NCBI GenBank assembly: GCA_951406725.2
Contig: OX597834.1
Span: forward strand, 46,500,001-46,564,000
Reading direction: 5' to 3'
Source of the DNA: Octopus vulgaris
Taxonomy: Eukaryota
DNA length: 64,000 bases
Position 1 is the stretch's first letter, and the number at the start of each line of letters is the position of its first letter. A program made the translations under genes and the position numbers. This document shows positions 53,346 to 64,000 of the stretch, in pieces. The notes beneath the pieces were generated by a model. The model was not told the origin of the DNA. It saw nothing but the letters and a program-made list of their open reading frames with translations, and searched no databases.

Positions 53346-54145
53346 TATTTGAACCTCCGTTCTTGCAGGAAATGAACCCTGTTTCGGAAAAAGTGATAAT
53401 CTGAGAGTGCAAGGTCTGTCTGAGGCAGCGTTTCCAGCCTCTCAAATTCCTTAATTTTGAGCTCGATCACATTGGCAATGTGCGCTGAGACTTACCTTGC
53501 TGTATGAGTGCGCATCTACGATTATCCAAATCCGGGTAGCTAACTTTCAAAGCATCATATACTTGCTGCAGTTGTTGAGTATAAATGTTAGTGTTCACAG
53601 TATGGCCATCTGGAACAAGCTCAAAGTGCAACACTGTCTCGAAATTCCACAAAGCACACAATATAACCTTCTGTTCAAAGCGCCCTTGTTTGACAACAAT
53701 TTCTGAAGTCCGGCCGAAACGAAGCCACTGGTTTCTCATATTAAGTTTACGAATTTCTAGGATTTTCCTGGAGTTGTTTGCAAATGTTCATAAGTCGTTG
53801 AGCATGATTATTGGTCAATTCACGAGGAACTGGTTCACAAGATTTCGATTGATGATGCTTTGTTTCGGGCCAGGTTCTGCCGACAATGTACGAGTGCTTG
53901 TGCTTGGCTATTGTTCATCGCTTTCATGCAAGACCTCATCTTCCACAAAAGAATGTCTCCCGGACCTTGATATGCCTTCGAGGTTGGTGTCACCTTCCTT
54001 GAATCGTCTGAACTAGTTTTGTGCCGCACTTTCTTGACAGTTTCTGGGCCTTCTACATCATTAATCTCTTTTGCCCTTGCATTCAATCCTCCTTTTCCAC
54101 AGGAAGTATAAAATGGCTCGAATTGCAATTTTCTTCACCACTCAT
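53346..54145 (-). pseudogene. Decayed mariner transposase
   Basis: QKVILCALWNFETVLHFEL, TVNTNIYTQQL and DLALSDYHFFR motifs; frameshifts. Confidence 0.85.
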
Positions 54146-54342
54146 TACCAAAGCTGTAAAATAAAGAATAATCAATTAATGTTTATATGTAACATATGCA
54201 AATAAAGATTAAACAATTCAGCAATGATAAAACGTGAAGGAACATGCGAGACACAAGTGGCCGACAATCATCATTGAAAGTCCGAAAAATATTTCGACTC
54301 AACCCCGCAAACAGACACACAGCTACATACATACATACATAC

Positions 54343-54457
<115 letters not shown>

Positions 54458-54463
54458 TAGAGT

Positions 54464-54653
<190 letters not shown>

Positions 54654-54741
54654 CCTCTGTATATACTCGAACAGATATATGTGTATGTATGTGTGTGTGA
54701 GCGTGCGCATGTGTGTGTGCATGTGTGTGAGTGTGTGTGTG

Positions 54742-55052
54742 AAGGCGCGTGGCTAAGTGGTTAGGGCATTCGGCTGACGATCGTAAGGTTGCGAGTTCGA
54801 TTCCCGGCGACGCGTTGTCTCCTTGAGCAAGACACTTTATTTCACGTTGCTCCAGTCCACTCAGCTAGCAAGAATGAGTAGTACCTGTATTTTAAAGGGC
54901 CAGCCTTGTCACATTCCGTGTCACACTGAATCTCCCTGAGAACTACGTTAAGGGCACACGTGTCTGTGGAGTGCTCAGCCACTTACACGTTAATTTCACG
55001 AGCAAGCTGTTCCGTTGATCGTATCAGCTGGGACCCACATCGTCGTTACCGA
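54742..55052 (+). mobile_element. SINE family B2, full length
   Basis: Box A TGGCTAAGTGG, box B GAGTTCGATTCC; head shared with B1 but 3' body different. Confidence 0.85.
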
Positions 55053-55066
55053 CTGAGTGTCACTTT

Positions 55067-55148
<82 letters not shown>

Positions 55149-55150
<2 letters not shown>

Positions 55151-55537
55151 GTGAAGGGAAGAAATGGAGCTGAACGAAGATTCTACAAAATTCCTTTTTA
55201 TTATTTTCTACACATGTTTCAAAGGCTTCGGATTGAATAAGGAGACCATTCTGCAGCTTTCTCTTCAGGAAAATCCAGGAATTTAAAATCTCCAAACAAA
55301 TGCTCAGCAAGCTTTTCGAAAAAAACGCTCCCTAGGAGCCCATGGTAAGAATGGCACAAAACTGTCTCTCAGTTGAGAGACAGTTTAAATTCCTGGATTT
55401 TCCTGAAGAGAAAGCTGCAGAATGGTCTCCTTATTCAATCCGAATTTGGGAATTTGCAGCCTTTGAAACATGTGTAGAAAATAATAAAAAGGAATTTTGT
55501 AGAATCTTCGTTCAGCTCCATTTCTTCCCTTCACTAA
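55149..55537. mobile_element. Fold-back Penelope-like element (family E) with two divergent hammerheads
   Basis: Arms 55149-55289 and 55384-55535 look identical apart from a 14-nt indel. Confidence 0.75.
55397..55482 (+). ncRNA. Type I hammerhead ribozyme motif, canonical core
   Basis: ATTTTC-CTGAAGA-GAAAGCTGCAG...TTGCAGCCTTT-GAA-ACA(TG)TGT-A-GAAAAT: 6-bp stem I, about 10-bp stem II, GUA triplet; cleavage predicted after 55476. Confidence 0.75.
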
Positions 55538-55854
55538 TATATAAAACTTCAATCATCCGCTTAAAGCTATTCCCCCATCACCTCACCATACGCAAACATC
55601 TAGTATGTAACCCCTTCCTCACTTTCATTCATATATATATACACACACAAACGTCATTCAACCTTTTCCTATATTCACATCCACACATACCCCTAACACA
55701 CAAAGAAACGTCAGGGTGTGGCTATCAACATTATCGATTTAGTCATAAACGGAAAATCGATGGATCTTTGTTGAAATAAACGTCTTTCACTAACACGTGG
55801 CTACACTTTCTAACGTCTTTGAGTATGTGTGTGTGTGTGAGTCGGCGCCGCGTG

Positions 55855-55891
<37 letters not shown>

Positions 55892-55906
55892 ATATATGTA
55901 TGTATA

Positions 55907-56004
<98 letters not shown>

Positions 56005-56020
56005 TGTATATATATATATA

Positions 56021-56537
56021 TCTATATATATAAAACTCTAGTTGTGTGAGTGTCTGTCTCCTACGATTTAGATTCCTAACTCCTCCCACATTTTGCGGTG
56101 CAGTTTAACCAAATTCGGGTATCTTATAGTCGTGATTAATATCAAGCCCGTCTGGCTATTAGCGCGCGTCTACGATGAGTCTACGATTTTAAAAATAATT
56201 TAACATAATTTTTTATTCCATTTTAATGCATAATTTTTCGTGTGTCGATGGCGGCGGTGTTGGCGTCCACGTTCAAACATCTGCACCTGTGTTTGCTTCT
56301 CCCCCTTCTTCCCTCCCTCGTGAAGCTGTGGGGAAGGGAGTTTAAGGAAATCAACGTCGTAATGCGTTGTCAAGGAGACCAGCGTTCTTTTAGAATAACG
56401 ACTTCATGGCTTGAAGACACCAAAACAGAAATGGCTAAGAAAGCCCAAATTGGCATCTATAAAGGAAGTAACTCTCTAAAAATGCTTATATAGTTATTTC
56501 CCTTACAAACCCGAGCAACGCCGGGCGATACTGCTAG
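56021..56537 (+). mobile_element. Non-autonomous Helitron
   Basis: 5' TC(TATATATATAAA), subterminal hairpin CCCGAGCAACGCCGGG, 3' CTAG, located between A and T. Confidence 0.85.
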
Positions 56538-56602
56538 TATATATATATATATATATGTGTGTGCATATATGTATGTATATATATATACACACACATATAT
56601 AT

Positions 56603-57068
<466 letters not shown>

Positions 57069-57228
57069 AATAACCAAGGCTGTATAGATATTAAAGCATT
57101 TAATTGCGATGAACGTAAACAAACAAACGAAGTTTGCTGTAGAAGCGTTGAGATGTCTTGGAAAGTTATATAGGGTAGAAAATATTTTTGTGGGGGAACA
57201 GACGTCGTTGTATATATACCGAAAGAGT

Positions 57229-57890
57229 AAAGGTAAAATACACAGATTTGTTTTACAGGCTCAAGGAGTATATTGGAATCAAAATAATAAAGATATTATA
57301 CAGTTTTGTACAAAATGAGTTTTAGTTCTTTCAAAATAATTACAGTAAGGACCGGTTTCACTTGGGTCATCAAACTAAGGGTTGAAAAATAGACATATTG
57401 CTTTTGGGGGGAAAAAGACACATTCAAGGGGAGATAATTGTTCACTCGGTTATTTTACAGTAAAAGGGAGGTAAATCTTTAATTTCTATTGTTGGTCTAT
57501 TTTTTTTTCTGGCTTATACTTTACAATACATATGTATGCATGTATGTATGTATGTATGTACGTATGTATATATATATATATATATACGTACATACATACA
57601 TGCATACATATGTATTATAAAGTATAAGCCAGAAAAAAATAGACCAACAATAGAAATTATATCCTCCCTTTTACTGTAAAATAACCTGAGTCAATTATCT
57701 CCCTTTGTGTCTTTTCCCAAAAGCAATATGTTTATTTTCAACCTTTGATGACCCAAGTGAAACCGGTCCTTACTGTAATTATTTTGGAAGAACTAAAACT
57801 CATTTTGTACAAAACTGTATAATATCTTTATTATTTTGATTCCAATATACTCCTTGAGCCTGTAAAACAAATCTGTGTATTTTACCTTTT
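57229..57890. repeat. Inverted repeat with arms of about 300-340 bp centred on (TA)n
   Basis: The same peptide ([28 protein letters not shown]) appears in the ORF track on both strands; the right arm has several short deletions. Confidence 0.9.
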
Positions 57891-58492
57891 CTCTTGTGTA
57901 TGTATATGTGTATATATGTGTGTATGTGTATATATGTGTATATAGGGACTAGTGTGCTGTGTGTGCATGTGTGTATGTGTGTATGTATATATATTTTTCT
58001 GTGTGTATATGTATGTGTGGTCGTGTGTGTATATATACATGTGTGTATACGTGTATGCATGTGAGTGAGTGTATGTATATATATATATATGTGTATGTGT
58101 AGATATGTATATGTATATGTATGTGTATATATATGTATATGTGTGTGTGTGTATGTATGTGTGTATGTATATATGTATGTATGTGTGTGTATATATGTAT
58201 ACATATGTGTATAGGTATAAGTGAGAATCTCCTTATTTACCTAAAACTCTATTCTTTTTTATATATATTTTTTTATTTTTTTATTTATTCTTTTATCTAA
58301 TTTACCACTGACTCCTTGACCACTCCCCCAAGTATGATATTTTGCGCTATGCCTACCCCCAAAAAGTCCCCCACCACCACCCCTTTAAACCTGCCAAAAT
58401 GTATAAATGCCAATACAATTCTTGTTAACTAGCTTCCTGAAGATTTCTCTTGAATGAAACAGTTCTAGTCCTGTAGAAGCTCCTTCTATATA

Positions 58493-58549
<57 letters not shown>

Positions 58550-58553
58550 GGTT

Positions 58554-58599
<46 letters not shown>

Positions 58600-59366
58600 A
58601 ACCACTTTCAGAGCACTTGACCATTTAACATCCTACGTCTATCATGGCACTCCCACACTCTTCATCTCCTCCTCCTTGTTCTTTTTCTTCCCTGCCAAGA
58701 ATTCGCAACGACCTCGAAGCCACAAGAGTAAACAAGAGAGACAGAGACAGGCAGAAACAAGGAAAATGCCCCTTGTATTTGAATACTATGCAAATATTCT
58801 TGCAAAAAAACTTTTCTTTTAATTTTTCTAAACTCTAATTGATTTGCCTTTCAACCTTTTTGGGGATCGATAAAGTAAGTACCAGCCGACTACTGGTGTC
58901 GATGTAATCAATTTACGCCCCACTCGCCATAACTTGCTGGTCTTATGCCAAAATTTGAAAGCAATGTATGTGATCGAACGGGCCTGTGTGAGGGATTCCG
59001 TAACAGATGTCGTTCGACGGAGGTCCCCCTCGTAACAATACATACATAGATTACCTTGGGAATGGCTGATATTAAGAATTACATCACGAAAGACAGCGGA
59101 ATAAATAGAGTACTGTACTTTTAATCAAATACACTATCCAATCTGACAGTGAAAAATACCTGTACATTGTAAATATACACTGTAGTACAGTAAATTCAAC
59201 ATTTTTAATTTAAAATCAGACTTACCAGACACAGTGAAGAGGTGTTGTTGAAACGCCATGATTTTCTCCGCTGCTTGCGAAATCTTTGAAAGGGAGATCC
59301 GTAGTAGTGAGGTGTGAGTGTATATGTATATATGTATGTGTGTGTATGTGTATACATACATATATA

Positions 59367-59402
<36 letters not shown>

Positions 59403-59701
59403 TGTACGTATGTATGTATGTATGTATGTATGTATGTATGTATGTATGTATGTATGTATGTATGTATGTATGTATGTACACCATACCATGTGTGAGAACT
59501 GAATAAATAGGTGGTCTAGAATCAGTAGGCACCCCACTGGTCATCACAACAATAGTGACCACTCCAAAATATTCCATTTCTTTATTCTTGATGTATTTAA
59601 CTCTCCTTCCTCCTCTCTTCTCAATTACTATCAGTCTTATCTTTATTTTTATAGTTATTTTTACTTTTAGTTTTATTTCATTTTCCCCCTTTTCTTTTTC
59701 T

Positions 59702-59748
<47 letters not shown>

Positions 59749-59974
59749 TTCTTCTTCTTCTTCTTCTTCTTCTTCTCCTTCTTCTTCGTCTTCTTCTACA
59801 TACGTGCTTTTGAATTTTTTAGTATTTTTTTTTGCTATTTAATTTTTTTTCTATTTAAGCATCCAGTAAAACATACATTTTGCAGTCTGAAAACGGCTTT
59901 TTGAAGCTCGAAACTCATACCAGAGTAACTCACTGTAAATATTATAAAAACAACCATCTCTACTCATTATATAT

Positions 59975-60787
59975 ATGTATGTATGTATGTTTGTATGTAT
60001 GCATGTATGTATGTATGTATGTATGTATGCATGTATGTATGTATGTATGTATGTATGTATGTATGTATGTACGTACGTATGTATGTATGTATGTATGTAC
60101 GTACGTACGTATGTATGTATGTATGTATGTATGTATGTATGTATGTATGTATGCATGTATGTATGTATGTATGTATGTATGTATGTATGTATGTATGTAT
60201 GTATGTATGTATGTATGTATGTATGTATGTATGTATGTATGTATGCATGTATGCATGCATGTATGTATGTATGTATGTATGTATGTATGTATGTATGTAT
60301 GTATGTGTGTATGTATGTACGTATGTATGTATGTATGTATGTATGCATGTATGTATGTATGTATGCATGTATGCATGTATGTATGTATGTATGTATGTAT
60401 GTGTGTATGTATGTATGTATGTATGTATGTGTGTATGTATGTATGTATGTATGTACGTATGCATGTATGCATGTATGTATGTACGTACGTATGTATGTAT
60501 GTATGTATGTATGTATGTATGTATGTATGTATGCATGTATGTATGTATGTATGCATGTATGTATGTATGTATGTATGTATACATGTATGTATGTATGTAT
60601 GTATGTATGTATGTATGTATGTATGTATGTATGTATGTGTGTATGTATGTATGTATGTATGTATGTATGTATGTATGTATGTATGTATGTATGTATGTAT
60701 GTATGTATGTATGTGTGTATGTATACATGTATGTATGTATGTATGTATACATGTATGTATGTATGTATGTATGCATGTATGTATGTA
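59975..60787. repeat. (TATG)n microsatellite of about 810 bp with variant units
   Basis: Direct reading. Confidence 0.95.
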
Positions 60788-61094
60788 CTCTACTATCCAA
60801 AAGATTTTGGAAAACAACATATGCAAAATGGAAATAAGAGAGAGATTCTGATGAAATATTTTATTAATCTCTAGTTACATTCATTGGATAACATAATTAA
60901 CTCAGCAACTAAACTGAAAAATCAGAACTCTCTAAATCTTAGGCTCATCGAAATATCCGCCCTTGGCCTTGATCACTGTAGATCTTACTCTGTTTATCCT
61001 TTCGAGCAATGAAAGCAAATATTCACTGGTAATACTTTGCTACTCCGCTTGTAATAGATTTTTGTAGATGATCTTAAACATTTGGATAGTAGTG

Positions 61095-61216
<122 letters not shown>

Positions 61217-62720
61217 AAGCATATCAAATAGGAAAATACAACAAAGTTGAGAAATTGTGAAACTACAATTTATTCCATTTGTCATTAAACTTAAAAATAT
61301 ATTTTTAAATTCTTGATCTTTTAATACATAAAATGATTTTTAAAATGAGTTGAAACCGGTGTGTGATGAGATAAAACACCCAATGAAATAAATGAAATCA
61401 TTCTTATAATTTGTGTAAAACCAGAGTACCCAGATGATACTTGCAAATATGTGCAATGATAAAAAAAAAAAACTATATTGAAAGTTGCGACGAACATTCG
61501 CTTATATCTTATTAGATTTATACCTATCACAGCCCAAGCAGTTCTTTTATACAAATGAAATTCCGTTGAGAATCGAGTTATACAACATGATTTTTTCTTT
61601 TTTGGGTTTTTGTATTTTACCAGTAAAGTCATAAAATATATAGATTATGGTAAATTTCCAATTCTTGTGTACCCTATGTAAAATTAACCATTAACAAAAC
61701 AGAATTCCTCAAAATAGAGGAATCTAACTGTGAGATTTAATTATTTACAGGACAAGGCTAAGGTGTTCTATAAATCGATAAGCCACATCTGTTCGTGTGT
61801 GTGTGTGGAATTTTGTGTGGAATTGCATTCTGTGCCTTTGGTAAACCCAGTAAGAATAACAGTCTCGATGATGTATAACATAATTATCTTAATCATCAAT
61901 CTTGCCTCGTTCCATAAATATAAGTTGATATAAATTACGCGGCTAATTTATTAGTGGAGAGTACTTTTTTGTAACTGATGTTTGTGTAGCGGTACTTGGG
62001 GAATAGAATTGAGGGTTTTAATGGATTTTAGAACTCTGCAGGACAATGAGCTTTTTTTATTATTATTCCTAATCCCTATTAGTATCAATTTGGTTTAAAT
62101 GCATAATTATAACTAACCTCTGGAAGTACCTACAACAGGTACTGATTTGGCGCTCGTAACTCAGTTTTGTTCTTGCTTTTTCTTTGGTTTTATTTTTTTT
62201 TTTTTTTTTTGGTGGGAGCAGGGGATTGTTTTGTTTTGTTTCTTACTCACAGCCACTTTTGTTTTAGTTAAGGATGTTGCAGGTTGAAGAATATTTTCAT
62301 TTGTTACAATTAACCATTACGTTTTCAAGAGCCATTTCTGTCGGAAAGAAATTTACGTTTCTCAAGAAATTCTTTGCTAAAGTACCAAGCAGCAAATCTT
62401 CAAAATGGTTAACGCTACCAATATCTACCAATAGTTCGATGTTTTTAACTTTGGTTGGTCCAAAGTAAGGACAATTTAAGGCAAATTATAGGTGTCATTA
62501 GCTTAGGCTCCTTTTGGAATTCCTGGCAGGAAGTCACGTGATAACGCCACTACTACACAACCCAATAGGGACCTGCTGCCCTCTGCCCTATCATCAGGGT
62601 CAATTAAATAAGTATCAGCTACGCACTGGGATCGATATAATCGACTTAATCACTTTCCCCAAATTTGAGGCCTTACGATTCCAGTTGAAAGGATCATTAT
62701 CACCATCATCATCATCATCG

Positions 62721-62756
<36 letters not shown>

Positions 62757-62757
<1 letters not shown>

Positions 62758-62990
62758 GATGGCGAGCTAGCAGAATTGTTTGAAGGCAAGAGAAAATTCT
62801 TAGCGGCATGTCGTCCACGTTCTGAGTTCAAATTCCGCCGAGGTCGACTTTGCCTTTCATCTTTTCGGGGTCGATTAAATAAGTACCATTTACGCACCGG
62901 GGTCGATATAATTGACTTGATCCGTTTGTCTGTCCTTGTTTGTCCCCTCTATGTTTAGCCCCTTGTGGGCAATAAAGAAATAAGAAATAA
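62757..62990 (+). mobile_element. SINE family C, full length
   Basis: Same head, central domain and tail as 2696-2931. Confidence 0.88.
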
Positions 62991-63239
62991 GTAAAAGAAA
63001 GAAGAGAAATGTTAGTATGTAGTGTTCCAAATATCTAGAGACCCAGTTATGTTTGTAGTATAGAGGTGTTTAAAAAGCAGTCTCGAGGACAAGATGATTA
63101 TGTCGAAGTGAATATAATTTGATTTCGTGATTGAGTCGTGTCGCAGAAATTTCAATATTAAAAGAAGCTTGAGAAATCACAGTTTAGTTTTAAATATATA
63201 TTAAAACCGGAATATTAACAGATGTTACCTCATTAATTA

Positions 63240-63600
63240 ACTCACTCACCGGTTCGATTTCCATTCATTTACTTTTTTTTCTTTCTTTCTAAATTTTTCG
63301 TTGCTTCTTACAACCTCTTCAATACTTGTTGACTCTGTCCGTTATCGGAACAGCGATTACGGACAGTTATTGACTCTATCCGTTATCTAGCTCCGATAAT
63401 GGAGTCAACAACTATTGAAGAGGTTGCCAGAAGCAACGAAAATTTTAGAAAAAAATAATAAGTAAATAAGAGGAAATCGAACCAGTGAGTGTGTTAATGA
63501 ATAAGGCATTAAAACAGAATGACTCTTCCCAGACACAGCAAAATTTGCTTTAACACACGAATTCACATAAATAATCTTGCAAACCAGATACAAAAACGAA
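63240..63600. mobile_element. Penelope-like fold-back fragment (family F)
   Basis: Inverted arms about 63243-63350/63394-63490; hammerhead-like core at 63412-63448; similar to 1406-1742. Confidence 0.6.
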
Positions 63601-63736
63601 TATTAACAGATATGTAGGCTATTTTTCAAGTGAACAAGATGTTGTTGAATGTTGAGATATCTTCATGAATGGAGAAAAAAAAATCAAAAGGCACCAAGAA
63701 AGACTCTAACGGCTGCTTTGCTTCGTTATATGTATA

Positions 63737-63785
<49 letters not shown>

Positions 63786-63897
63786 GTATGTGTACATATA
63801 TATGTATGTATGTGTGAGAATGTATGTATATAATACTAATATGCTTATATATATGTATATCTGTGTGAATGTATGTGTATCTATCTATCTATCTATC

Positions 63898-63948
<51 letters not shown>

Positions 63949-64000
63949 ATCTATCTATCTATTGACGGATGTGATGTCGTTTCAGCTCCGAAGGTAATCA

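Noticed and set aside
59851-60874. Long ORFs (up to 323 aa) of MYVC/HTYI repeats and the many similar YIYI, SIYL and CVCV ORFs
   Set aside because: Stop-free translations of microsatellites in several frames; no protein signal.
61960-62600. Possible exon or old transposon ORF
   Set aside because: No recognisable motif and only short ORFs.

Overview
Eukaryotic, AT-rich, very repeat-dense non-coding DNA. The SINE families, mariner remnants and heavy (TA)n/(CA)n/(GATA)n/(TATG)n load resemble an octopus genome; that assignment is inferred and unverified. No host protein-coding gene is supported, and most ORFs in the track are microsatellite read-throughs. The window holds a near-full-length dead mariner, further mariner/Tc1 remnants and MITEs, a non-autonomous Helitron, Tx1/L1-clade LINEs, CR1-type LINE 3' ends, an RTE-like short element with a TSD, three tRNA-derived SINE families and a 31-bp minisatellite. 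Main observations: (1) several distinct short elements, often fold-back, carry type I hammerhead ribozyme motifs of the Penelope-like type; (2) one Tx1 family sits twice in tandem at the same site in a SINE head, and a second Tx1 family sits twice inside (GATA)n; (3) two SINE families share 3' tails with LINEs present in the window; (4) there are many large inverted repeats, some possibly assembly artefacts. Coordinates and alignments were read by eye.
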